Source of the DNA: Candidatus Limenecus sp. | GTDB lineage: Bacteria; Cyanobacteriota; Vampirovibrionia; Gastranaerophilales; Gastranaerophilaceae | Direction: 5' to 3' | DNA: 64,000 bases | NCBI GenBank assembly: GCA_048360435.1 | Contig: DBGCOP010000025.1 | Coordinates: forward strand, 8,101-72,100 | Part shown: piece after piece, positions 55,428 through 64,000 of the stretch | How positions within the stretch are numbered: position 1 is the stretch's first letter | Layout of the letters: every line of letters starts with the position of its first letter | Position numbers and translations under genes: made by a program | Notes under the pieces: model-generated | The model's database searches: none | Seen by the model: the letters and a program-made list of their open reading frames with translations, nothing else | Told to the model about the DNA's origin: nothing

Positions 55428-56453
55428 ATGACAGACACAAATAAAAAAGGCAGAATCGTATCAGGAATGCGCCCCACAGGCAGACTTCACCTCGGACATT
55501 ACCTCGGAGTGCTCACAAACTGGGTAAAACTTCAAGAAGAATTTGAATGTTTTTTCTTTGTGGCTGACTGGCACGCCCTGACAACAAAGTTTGACTGTAC
55601 CGAGAATCTCAAAGAAGACACAAGAAATGTTGTGCTCGACTGGCTCGCAGCAGGAATTAATCCGGAAAAAGCACATATTTACATCCAGTCTCACGTTCCT
55701 CAAACAGCAGAACTTCACGTTTATTTAAGCATGATTACTCCGCAAAACTGGGTGGAAAGAGACCCCACCTTGAAAGACCTTGCAAAAATGATTCGCACAG
55801 AAGGTGAAAACAAACCGAACGTGAGCTACGGGCTTATGGGTTATCCTGTTTTAATGGCAGCAGACATTATGACCTTCAATGTAGACTATGTACCCGTCGG
55901 AATAGATCAGGTTGCACACATTGAAATAGCCAGAGACATCGCAAGACGTTTCAACAATATTTACAAGACTGATTTCTTCACAGAGGCAAAACCCAAACTT
56001 ACTGAAATACCTTTGCTCAAAGGTGTTGACGGTCAAAAGATGGGTAAATCCTTCCACAATGACATAAAAATTTCAGACTCGGAAGAAGATACAGCCAAAA
56101 AAGTTATGAAAGCCATAACAGACAGAAGCAGAGCAAGAAAAGACGACCCGGGTCATCCTGACAAATGTGAAGTTGCTTTTTCTTACTGGAAAGCTTTTGC
56201 TGATGAAGAAAAAATTAAACAGGTACAGGAAGAATGTATCGCAGGAAAACGCGGCTGTGCGGACTGCAAACGAGAACTCGGCGCATTAATGAATGAGAAA
56301 CTTCGTCCTATACGTGAAAGAAGAAAGTATTACGAAGAACATCCTGAAATCGTAGATGAAATTATCAAAAAAGGCAACGCAAAAGCAAGAGAAGAAGCGG
56401 AAAAAGTGCTTCAAGGCGTAAGAAAAGCTATGCGCATGCCGGATTGCAGATAA
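55428..56453 (+). CDS. trpS: tryptophan--tRNA ligase
   Basis: HIGH-type motif TGRLHLGHYLG, KMSKS-type motif KMGKS, and GIDQVAHIE. Confidence 0.95.
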   Translation: MTDTNKKGRIVSGMRPTGRLHLGHYLGVLTNWVKLQEEFECFFFVADWHALTTKFDCTENLKEDTRNVVLDWLAAGINPEKAHIYIQSHVPQTAELHVYLSMITPQNWVERDPTLKDLAKMIRTEGENKPNVSYGLMGYPVLMAADIMTFNVDYVPVGIDQVAHIEIARDIARRFNNIYKTDFFTEAKPKLTEIPLLKGVDGQKMGKSFHNDIKISDSEEDTAKKVMKAITDRSRARKDDPGHPDKCEVAFSYWKAFADEEKIKQVQEECIAGKRGCADCKRELGALMNEKLRPIRERRKYYEEHPEIVDEIIKKGNAKAREEAEKVLQGVRKAMRMPDCR

Positions 56454-56455
56454 CT

Positions 56456-57649
56456 ATGCTTAAAAACAAAAACATTCTAATAGGGATAACAGGCGGAATT
56501 GCAGCTTACAAAATCTGTGAGCTTATCAGGCTGTTCAAAAAAAACGGTGCCAATGTAAAAACCGTGCTAACTGATTCAGGTCTTGAATTTGTAACTGAAC
56601 TGACACTCGAAACCCTTACACAGGAGCCTGTTTACAAAGAACAGTTCAAAACTTCGGACAAAAAACCCGAACACATCAGTCTTTGTGACTGGGCAGACGT
56701 GTTTTTGATTGCTCCTGCCACTGCAAACACTATCGGAAAAATCGCAAACGGAATTTGTGACAACCTTTTGACCTCGCTTGCGTGTGCATTTCAAAAGAAA
56801 ATGGTTCTCGCCCCTGCAATGAACACGGGTATGTGGAAGAACAAATCCGTTCAAAAAAACATAGAAACTCTGAAAGACATGGGAGCACAAATCATTGCAC
56901 CGGAATCAGGCTATCTTGCCTGCGGCACAAACGGAGAGGGAAGGCTTGCTGACATAAATAAAATTTTTAAAGAAATCGAAAGCCTTTTTTCAGAAAAAAA
57001 ATATCTCAACGGCAAAAAATTTGTCATAACATCGGGCGGAACAAGAGAAAATCTTGACCCCGTGAGATACATCGGCAATTACAGCTCCGGAAAAATGGGA
57101 AAAGCTCTCGCAGACAAAGCTGTCGAACTCGGTGCTGATGTTACTCTCATCACAACATCGTCTTTACCCAAAAACCCTGCCTGTAAAAACATTGATGTCA
57201 CAAGCGCATCTGAAATGTTTGAAAAGGTAAAACAGGAATTTGAAAATTCGGACGTATTAATAATGACCGCAGCAGTAGCTGATTACAGACCGGAAATTCA
57301 AGCTGCAAACAAAATCAAAAAAGAAAACAACGACGAACTGATTGTAAAATTAGTTAAAAATCCTGACATTTTGTCTGAAATATGCAAAACTAAAAAAGAG
57401 CATCAACAGGTCATAGGGTTTTGTGCGGAAAGCGAAAATCTGATTGAATATGCAAAAGCAAAAATCAAACGGAAAAACTGCGACTATATCATAGCCAACG
57501 ACATCTCAAAAAAAGACTCGGGTTTTTCAAGCGAATATAACGAAGTTTTTGTAATCAACAAGGATTTAAACATAACCGGACTGGAAAGAGATACAAAAGA
57601 GAACATAGCTTCTCGGATACTGGAGTTATTGTATGGCAAGAACAACTGA
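56456..57649 (+). CDS. coaBC: bifunctional phosphopantothenoylcysteine decarboxylase / phosphopantothenate-cysteine ligase
   Basis: Motifs ILIGITGGIAAYK, APATANTIGK and NYSSGKMG. I prefer the ATG at 56456, just after the trpS stop, to the TTG at 56444. Confidence 0.92.
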   Translation: MLKNKNILIGITGGIAAYKICELIRLFKKNGANVKTVLTDSGLEFVTELTLETLTQEPVYKEQFKTSDKKPEHISLCDWADVFLIAPATANTIGKIANGICDNLLTSLACAFQKKMVLAPAMNTGMWKNKSVQKNIETLKDMGAQIIAPESGYLACGTNGEGRLADINKIFKEIESLFSEKKYLNGKKFVITSGGTRENLDPVRYIGNYSSGKMGKALADKAVELGADVTLITTSSLPKNPACKNIDVTSASEMFEKVKQEFENSDVLIMTAAVADYRPEIQAANKIKKENNDELIVKLVKNPDILSEICKTKKEHQQVIGFCAESENLIEYAKAKIKRKNCDYIIANDISKKDSGFSSEYNEVFVINKDLNITGLERDTKENIASRILELLYGKNN

Positions 57650-58370
57650 TATCATCAAAGCATTAGAAAAATATGCCCCATTTGAACTTGCTGAAGAATG
57701 GGACAACCCGGGCTGGCAGGTCTTTTTCGGAAACGATAATACATCAAAAATCCTCATCTGTCTTTCTGTCACGGACGATGTTATCAATCAGGCTGTGGAG
57801 CTTGGATGCAACCTGATTGTTTCACACCACCCTATGATTTTTAAACCTTTGAAAACAGTCAAAGACATAAAAATAATAAAAGCTGTTCAAAGAGGGATTC
57901 AAATTTATTCGCTTCATACAAACTGCGATAAAACAGTAAATGGTACAAGCGACCTTATAGCAAGAAGACTGAACCTGAAAAAAACAGGAAAGCTTAACGA
58001 CTTTGTCCGAGCAGGTCTTGCTCCTCATGAAATGACACTTGACGAGTTGATTTCAAAAGTAAAACTCGCATTCAACACAGAACGAATAAAACTCATCAAC
58101 AACCCGAGAAAAACCGTGGTAAAAACGATTGCTGTCTGCGCAGGTGCAGGAGCAGAGTTTATACCCGAAGTTGAAAGATATAACATAGATGCTTACATAA
58201 CTTCCGAAGTAAAATACCATGATGCGCTTGATTCAAGAAGAACAGCCATTTTGGATATAGGACATTTTGAATCGGAAAAACCTTTTGTGGAAGAAATAAA
58301 AAGAATTCTTGAAAAAGAAAAATTTGAGGTAGTTGTTGCTCATGAAAAACCTGCATGGGTATATGTATAA
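57633..58370 (+). CDS. Nif3-family dinuclear metal centre protein (GTP cyclohydrolase I type 2 homologue)
   Basis: Motifs LIVSHHPMIF, YSLHTNCD and DIGHFESE in 245 aa. Confidence 0.8.
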   Translation: MARTTDIIKALEKYAPFELAEEWDNPGWQVFFGNDNTSKILICLSVTDDVINQAVELGCNLIVSHHPMIFKPLKTVKDIKIIKAVQRGIQIYSLHTNCDKTVNGTSDLIARRLNLKKTGKLNDFVRAGLAPHEMTLDELISKVKLAFNTERIKLINNPRKTVVKTIAVCAGAGAEFIPEVERYNIDAYITSEVKYHDALDSRRTAILDIGHFESEKPFVEEIKRILEKEKFEVVVAHEKPAWVYV

Positions 58371-58929
58371 AATATTGCTCATTTTTGTGAGCGTTATTCT
58401 CATTAATTTCTTTGCACAAGCAGGAAATTGCTATCAAACTGCGTTAATAACGTATCCGGAATATAACAAAAACTGGAAACAGGTATATTTCGGAAAACAG
58501 AATCAGGAAGTAATTTCACAATGGATTCCGTCTTATTCTTATTCAAACGATTGGGTTGAGTCGGTTGTGTTTCACGCTTACAATTACGCAAAAGGAAATT
58601 CCTGCTACAAATTTATGATGAACCTTTTAAACAACGTGTCTTCAAGAAACAAAACAATGAAATATCAGATTTTAAAAGACAATTTTGAAGATTCTGTTGC
58701 AATATGGTGTGCAGACAAAGCCCCATCCATGCCGGCACAGTGTGAAATCATCCGGGTTACAGCTGGATATGAAGGACTTTTGTCGATCCATTATATCAAT
58801 AAAAACAAAGAAAATTTTCTGTATCAAAAAGATGCGTGGCTCAAAATCGTAAGAGACGTAAGAATCTATTACAGCTACTTCCGCTGGGACAGAGTGATGC
58901 AAAAAGCAACTTCTGTTCCGCTTGATTAA
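58363..58929 (+). CDS. hypothetical secreted protein
   Basis: Signal-peptide-like N-terminus MYKILLIFVSVILINFFAQA. The start at 58363 overlaps the Nif3 stop. Contains Cys residues; no family recognised. Confidence 0.5.
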   Translation: MYKILLIFVSVILINFFAQAGNCYQTALITYPEYNKNWKQVYFGKQNQEVISQWIPSYSYSNDWVESVVFHAYNYAKGNSCYKFMMNLLNNVSSRNKTMKYQILKDNFEDSVAIWCADKAPSMPAQCEIIRVTAGYEGLLSIHYINKNKENFLYQKDAWLKIVRDVRIYYSYFRWDRVMQKATSVPLD

Positions 58930-58990
58930 ATCGATTAATTTCATCTCACAACAACTTTACATAAAAGAACAAATAAATCAAAAAACCTGA

Positions 58991-60367
58991 TTAGTCTTCG
59001 GTGTTTTTCAACTTGTCGAGCTCGGTCAAAATTCCCTGATTTATCTCAAGCACATCAACCCCGAGGTTCGAAAGCACCTGCATAGCAACTGAATCGGGCG
59101 TCTGAGTAATTGCCCACAAAAGGTTTTCGGAAGCAATCTTTGTGTTCTTGTGTTTCTGAGCTTTTTCCCAGGCAATCTCAAGAATCTTCTTCGCTCTGTC
59201 AGAAAAAACAACCTCACCGAATGTGTATGAATTTCCATAACCCAGAACCTTTTCCACCTCGATTCTTGCATCTTTGATGGTAATTCCAAGCTGAGAAAGA
59301 ACCTTTGCCCCTATGCCGACTGCTTCGTCTATAATTCCGAGAAGTATAAACTCACTGCCCACAATGTTTCGGTTCATACTCTGAGCCTCACGTTTTGCAA
59401 ATCTCAAAATTGTGAGAGTTTCAGGCATCTGTTTTTCAATAGGCTTGATAATCTTGTGCGCAAGATCATCATCTTCAACCTTTAATTCTTTAAAAATGTT
59501 GTATGCAATTCCGCTTTTTGCTTTTAACACCCCGAGAATAATATGCTCGGGTTTTACGGAAGCAGAGCCGAGTTCCTTTGCTGTTTCAAAAGCAAGAAGC
59601 ATTGTCTTAAAAGCGTTCGGAGTAAAAATAATCTGTTTTTCTTCAAATTCCGCCTGACGGGAAGAAACCTCCTGAAGCTTTCCGCAGTATTTTTCAAGGT
59701 CAATGCCCTCTTCTTTTAGAATATTGGCAATGTCAGACTCACTGTCTTCCAAAATGGACTGGACAATCTGCTCTGTACCCAGAATCTCATAGTGAGAAGC
59801 TGTCAGCTTAGCTACTGCACGGTCAAGAACGTCTTTTGACTCGCCTTCTTTAAAAATTGATTGTATTGTTTGATATTCGTTTTTGTCTTTTCTTCTGATT
59901 AATTCAGGATGATTATCCCCTTTTTTATTATTTTTCTCAATCAGTTTCATCAAGGTTTGTTTAAGCTTTTCAACATCAACATTATACTTTTTAAAATCAG
60001 CCATAACAGAAGGCTCATCAGCCAGAACTATTGAAAACAGGAGATGTTCAGGCATAATATAGGAATTTCTGTTTTCTTTGGCAATTTCAAATGCGGCTCT
60101 TATAATATTTTGAGACCCTTCACTAAAGGCAATGTTCGTATGTTTAAAATCGTGGCTGACATTTTTATATTTTTCATATACATGTTCTCTGAAATCATCA
60201 GGGTTCACGCCTGCGTAAACAAGCAGTCTGGAGCAGATATTCGCTTTCGTCTCAAGTATACCGAGCAAAATGTGCTCCGGATAGATTTTATAGGTTTGAG
60301 AATCCGCAGCCTCTCTTTGTGCCATTGAGATAATATTTATAGCCTTTTCCGTAAAACGTTCAAACAA
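58991..60367 (-). CDS. Clp_N (Clp R-domain) repeat protein without an AAA+ module
   Basis: Three successive double-repeat Clp N-domain modules (FTEKAINIISMAQREA...PEHILLGIL; FTPNAFKTMLLAFETA..KPEHIILGVL; LTILRFAKREAQS..GSEFILLGII; FSDRAKKILEIAWEKA..ENLLWAI). No Walker motifs. Confidence 0.7.
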   Translation of the reverse strand: MFERFTEKAINIISMAQREAADSQTYKIYPEHILLGILETKANICSRLLVYAGVNPDDFREHVYEKYKNVSHDFKHTNIAFSEGSQNIIRAAFEIAKENRNSYIMPEHLLFSIVLADEPSVMADFKKYNVDVEKLKQTLMKLIEKNNKKGDNHPELIRRKDKNEYQTIQSIFKEGESKDVLDRAVAKLTASHYEILGTEQIVQSILEDSESDIANILKEEGIDLEKYCGKLQEVSSRQAEFEEKQIIFTPNAFKTMLLAFETAKELGSASVKPEHIILGVLKAKSGIAYNIFKELKVEDDDLAHKIIKPIEKQMPETLTILRFAKREAQSMNRNIVGSEFILLGIIDEAVGIGAKVLSQLGITIKDARIEVEKVLGYGNSYTFGEVVFSDRAKKILEIAWEKAQKHKNTKIASENLLWAITQTPDSVAMQVLSNLGVDVLEINQGILTELDKLKNTED

Positions 60368-60389
60368 ATTTCTGTCCTTTCGGGTTCTA

Positions 60390-62057
60390 TCATTTTTTAA
60401 TTATATCAGTAATCAATGAATATTTAGTTCCCTTTTTCAAAACTTCATAATCAAAGTATTTTGAAAACTTCTTGCACTGTTTGGTTTCTATAATCAAATA
60501 AGTCTTCGGATTCAAATCAAGCGAAGCAGGGTCAGCTTTGCCCAGAAAATCCACCTCTCCTGCTCCATAATAGAGCAGACTGTATTTTTTGCCGAATCCC
60601 CAGCTTGCAAGTCTTTTGCCTTCGACTTTTGCCATTTTCGAATATTCAATCAGCTGATTTTGTTGAAAACTCAATACATAAGGGAAAATATATTTTGTCG
60701 AAAACATTGACAAAACAGCCATAAATCCTGCAATTCCAAGAAAATGCAAAAGTTTTTTGTCCTTGAAAACAGCAAAACTGTTTAAAAGAACAGATGCAAG
60801 AATCACAATCACACCCGGTATCTGCATAGCCAAAAGACCTGCTCTGTCAGCTTCTCTGACAAAAGAAGGTGCTACCAAAAGCCCTATTGCAGTAGCAATA
60901 AAAGCAAAATTCAACACCAGCGTTGAAATATTTACAGCCCTTTCATTCTCCTCCTTCCAGATGTAATCAAACCAGAATTTCCCGAGTATCAAAGCAGCAG
61001 GAAACATTGCAGGCAAAATATATGTAGGAAGTTTAGTACTTGCAGCTGAGAAGAAAATGAAAACAACAAGGAAAAATATAATGTTCAAAACAACAAACTG
61101 CTCAAGCCTTTGCAGATCATTAAAACGTGCTATATATTCTTCTGTTTTTTTGAAATGCTTTTTGAAACAAACTACCAGCTGTGCAATGAACGAAAAAATC
61201 CACGGCATAAAGCCTAAGAAAAACACCGGTATAAAATAATAAAAAGGCTGTTTTCTTCCGAGTTCATGAGAATTTACGAATCTTTCAATGTGGTGTTTAA
61301 AAATATATTCGTGGAAAAATGCCTGCCCGTGTATGTTAAGCATAACAATATGCCACGGCAATGAAACAATAAAGAAAAACAACAAACCCGGAATTATATA
61401 AAGAGGTTTGAAAAGTTCTTTCCACTTTCTCGCAACAAGGTATGAAAAGAAAATTGTCAAAGCGGGCACGGCAACCCCCGGAATCCCTTTGGCAAGTACG
61501 CCGAAGCCTGCCATTATGTAAGCAAGCCACCAGAAATATTTCTTGTAATTGTCTCTGCAAAAAAGAGTATAAATTCCGGCAAACGCAGATGAAGCAATAC
61601 AAACAGACAACAGCATATCAAGAATTGCTACACGTGCAAGAACTACATATTCAAAACATGTAGCCAGAATCAATGCACAAATAATTCCGTATTTTTTTGA
61701 ACAAATCCTCTTTCCGAGAAAATACGTAAGGAACACACCATATGTAGCTGTCAGGGCAACAGGGATACGGGCTGTAACTTCGCTGACATGTTTAAAAATC
61801 ATAAATGATAAAGTTTCAAGCCAAAAATAAAGAGGCGGTTTTTCAAAGAAAAAGTCACCATTCAAAAATAATGTCAGATAATCTTTTGTATAAAACATAT
61901 TCCTTGACATTGTGACATATCTGGTTTCATCCACATCAATCAGTGAATAATTTCCCATGCTGAAAAAATACAAAAAATAACACAAGACAAGAAGCCCGAT
62001 TAGTGCAAAAATTTCTCTGTGAGTTTTAACAAAATTCAAAAATTTCTCTTTGTCCAT
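60390..62057 (-). CDS. glycosyltransferase family 39 (ArnT/PMT-like lipid-linked sugar transferase)
   Basis: 555-aa polytopic protein. The first periplasmic loop carries the motif DVDETRYVTMSRNM. Also has FEKPPLYFW. Confidence 0.8.
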   Translation of the reverse strand: MDKEKFLNFVKTHREIFALIGLLVLCYFLYFFSMGNYSLIDVDETRYVTMSRNMFYTKDYLTLFLNGDFFFEKPPLYFWLETLSFMIFKHVSEVTARIPVALTATYGVFLTYFLGKRICSKKYGIICALILATCFEYVVLARVAILDMLLSVCIASSAFAGIYTLFCRDNYKKYFWWLAYIMAGFGVLAKGIPGVAVPALTIFFSYLVARKWKELFKPLYIIPGLLFFFIVSLPWHIVMLNIHGQAFFHEYIFKHHIERFVNSHELGRKQPFYYFIPVFFLGFMPWIFSFIAQLVVCFKKHFKKTEEYIARFNDLQRLEQFVVLNIIFFLVVFIFFSAASTKLPTYILPAMFPAALILGKFWFDYIWKEENERAVNISTLVLNFAFIATAIGLLVAPSFVREADRAGLLAMQIPGVIVILASVLLNSFAVFKDKKLLHFLGIAGFMAVLSMFSTKYIFPYVLSFQQNQLIEYSKMAKVEGKRLASWGFGKKYSLLYYGAGEVDFLGKADPASLDLNPKTYLIIETKQCKKFSKYFDYEVLKKGTKYSLITDIIKK

Positions 62058-62103
62058 TTATTATTTTTCTCCCCGTGTTTGCCTTAGTTTTTATTATTTT
62101 TAT

Positions 62104-63039
62104 TTATTTTACAATAAATTCACACAATTTGTTAACAAAATCCCCGTGTTGAACCTCGAACCAGTTGATTTCAGAATTTCTTCTAAACCACGTAAGTTGT
62201 CTTTTTACATATCTTCTGGTATTTTGTTTTATTTTTTCAATACATTCTTCATAAGAAATCAAACCGTCAAAATATTCGATAAACTCCTGATATGCAATCG
62301 TATTAACTAAAGAAGGAAGCTTTCCGTATTTTTCATAAAGCATCTTTGCCTCCTGTTCAACCCCCGACTCTACCATCTTATCGACCCGTTTGTCAGTGCG
62401 GTTGTATAAAAACTGTCTGTCTTCGCTGTTCAAACCCAGCCATATAACGTTATATTCAGGCTCAGGTTTAACTTTTTGCGCCTGTGACATAGGCATATTA
62501 AGCGTTTTGCATACCTCAAGCGCTCTTATGATTTTTACCGTATTATTCGGATGCATGTTTTTTGCAAGCACAGGATCAAGCTCACACAGCATTTGATAGA
62601 TTTTTTCAACACCATGTTCGTCAGCAATCTGTTGAAGCTCATTTCGAAGTTCCTTGTTCGGTGCGACTCTGGGCATATCATAATTTTCAAGCAGAATCCT
62701 GAAATAAAGACCTGTTCCGCCTGCAACAACAGGCGTTTTGCCTTTAGCAAAAAGCTCCTCCATAACTTTTCTTGCATTGTCTGCAAAATCAGCAACAGTA
62801 AACTCCTGAGTAGGTTCCACAACATCTATAAGGTGATGTTTGATGCCCTGACGTTCTTCAAACGAGGGCTTTGCTGTGGCTATGTCAAACTCTTTGAAAA
62901 TCTGTCTTGAATCAGCCGAAATAACCTCTGTTTCAAGCTGTTTTGCAAGCTCCACGGCACAGGCTGTCTTGCCCGAACCTGTCGGGCCGACTATGGCTAT
63001 CACTGTATTTTGTTTGCCGGTATTATTTTTTATCTTCAT
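62104..63039 (-). CDS. miaA: tRNA dimethylallyltransferase
   Basis: P-loop IVGPTGSGKTA, then SADSRQI, HHLID and RRYVKRQLTWFR. Confidence 0.93.
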   Translation of the reverse strand: MKIKNNTGKQNTVIAIVGPTGSGKTACAVELAKQLETEVISADSRQIFKEFDIATAKPSFEERQGIKHHLIDVVEPTQEFTVADFADNARKVMEELFAKGKTPVVAGGTGLYFRILLENYDMPRVAPNKELRNELQQIADEHGVEKIYQMLCELDPVLAKNMHPNNTVKIIRALEVCKTLNMPMSQAQKVKPEPEYNVIWLGLNSEDRQFLYNRTDKRVDKMVESGVEQEAKMLYEKYGKLPSLVNTIAYQEFIEYFDGLISYEECIEKIKQNTRRYVKRQLTWFRRNSEINWFEVQHGDFVNKLCEFIVK

Positions 63040-63922
63040 AATACAGAAATATCAATACTGCCGCATAAGTCATAAAATAGAAAGATATTATCAACCCGAC
63101 AACTGTCAGGACAATGTTTAAATTAAACAGTATACTTAAAAGTGAAAGTATAAAATTCACAAAAAATAAAAATATCAGCAAACCGACAGAACCGAAAAAG
63201 TTTTTAAAAATAAAAACTATATTTCTGTTAAAAGCCATAAACGGCGCATATAAAATAAAATCCTTTTTCCCTGCCATTTTTCCTGTTTTGTTTCTGTCAA
63301 AAACAGCAGGGAACAAAAATATTGTCAAAAATGTGAACAAACCTGCAATACCCAGCATATACAACATCCACAGGTTTATTGCTCTGAGCTGTTCAAAACT
63401 AAATGAAGCTACATACTTCTGCATTTCAACAACAGACGCATTTCCCATAGACATCAACTTGTGCCAATCAAGCTCAGGATTGGGAAGAAAATACATTCCT
63501 GCCTTGTACGAAGTAAAAAGCAAAAGTATATAAACAACAAAATATGTAACTATCGTAAATGATACAGGCAAAAAGTATTCGCCCACACCCGGAAAGAATT
63601 CTCTTCCAAGAGCAAGAGAAGCTTCAGCTTTTTCCTGAGGATTTTTAAACTCACGATTTGCGTTTTTTACAGCTTTTTTTATCATATAAAACCAGCCTGA
63701 GAAAAATGCAGTGCACAATAGCACATTCGCCGTAAAGATAACGACATAAGCAATGTGATTTGTCTGATTTGCAAGCCCTGTCATTGTAAAACTTATTATT
63801 ATCAAAAATATGATAAGCGGCTGTGCCAGAATAATGTTGTCTTTAGTAAGCTCAAAAGCTTTTTGTATAAAATTGTTGTTGTTTTCTGAATTCATAGCCT
63901 CAATTATACCATATTTTTTCAA
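63023..63922 (-). CDS. hypothetical polytopic membrane protein
   Basis: 299 aa with about 6-7 hydrophobic segments. The 3' end overlaps the miaA start by 17 nt. Confidence 0.5.
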   Translation of the reverse strand: MKKYGIIEAMNSENNNNFIQKAFELTKDNIILAQPLIIFLIIISFTMTGLANQTNHIAYVVIFTANVLLCTAFFSGWFYMIKKAVKNANREFKNPQEKAEASLALGREFFPGVGEYFLPVSFTIVTYFVVYILLLFTSYKAGMYFLPNPELDWHKLMSMGNASVVEMQKYVASFSFEQLRAINLWMLYMLGIAGLFTFLTIFLFPAVFDRNKTGKMAGKKDFILYAPFMAFNRNIVFIFKNFFGSVGLLIFLFFVNFILSLLSILFNLNIVLTVVGLIISFYFMTYAAVLIFLYYEDKK

Positions 63923-63978
63923 AACTTGTAGTATAATTTTAACTGTATCAAGAGTCTAAGTCTAAAAGGTAAACAAAA

Positions 63979-64000
63979 ATGAGAAGTGACAGCGTAAAAA
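63979..64000 (+). CDS. 5' end of a gene running off the window (MRSDSVK...; this N-terminus is typical of dihydroxy-acid dehydratase)
   Basis: ATG preceded by AAGG. Only 7 codons are visible. The IlvD suggestion rests solely on the MRSDxxK start. Confidence 0.25.

Noticed and set aside
1-64000. Search for CRISPR arrays, tRNA/rRNA genes, transposases, integrases and prophage genes.
   Set aside because: No spaced direct-repeat arrays are present. No intergenic region contains a tRNA-like GTTCGAATC/T-loop with an acceptor stem; the GGTTC(A/G)A hits at 1108, 13631, 14248 and 32575 are all inside coding sequence. No recombinase-like ORFs are present. This was an eye scan only; tRNAscan-SE and Infernal would be decisive.

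Overview
AT-rich, tightly packed chromosomal segment with about 60 protein genes. I found no rRNA, tRNA, CRISPR array, transposase or integrase. The gene content points to a flagellated diderm bacterium. It makes LPS (lpxK, ADP-heptose genes, a GT9 heptosyltransferase, an ArnT-like GT39, MlaFED) and carries prepilin-type proteins. This combination would fit a Melainabacteria/Gastranaerophilales-like lineage, but that is only a guess from gene content. Most of the window is housekeeping: pabB/pabA, maf, mfd, a PrsA-like PPIase, hldA/hldC, murC-murB-ddl-ftsQ, secA, dnaE, dnaA, trpS, coaBC, miaA, rsfS and mscS. Flagellar genes sit in three separate loci: a short divergent flagellin (9878-10690), fliF-X-fliH-flhA-fliI (15941-22839, minus strand) and fliPQR-flhB (45596-48576). 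The items most worth a second look: (1) a near-consensus sigma-28 (FliA-type) promoter in front of an HD-GYP protein whose HD and GYP signatures are both degenerate. It is followed on the same strand by an alpha/beta-hydrolase and a guanidino-modifying-enzyme-like protein, directly upstream of the fliF operon. (2) An orphan two-gene operon for an ExbB/ZorA-topology channel protein plus a MotB/OmpA-like partner, with its own promoter and a nested hairpin. (3) A non-canonical protein in the fliG slot. (4) A 59-aa ribbon-helix-helix gene missing from the ORF track, next to an operator-like repeat array. (5) Two paralogous prepilin-like genes and a STAS-like ORF directly upstream of dnaA, behind a second sigma-28-like element. 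(6) A Clp_N-only protein and a stand-alone DUF2229-like protein. No complete known defence system or mobile element is visible. All functional calls come from motif recognition by eye, not from database searches.
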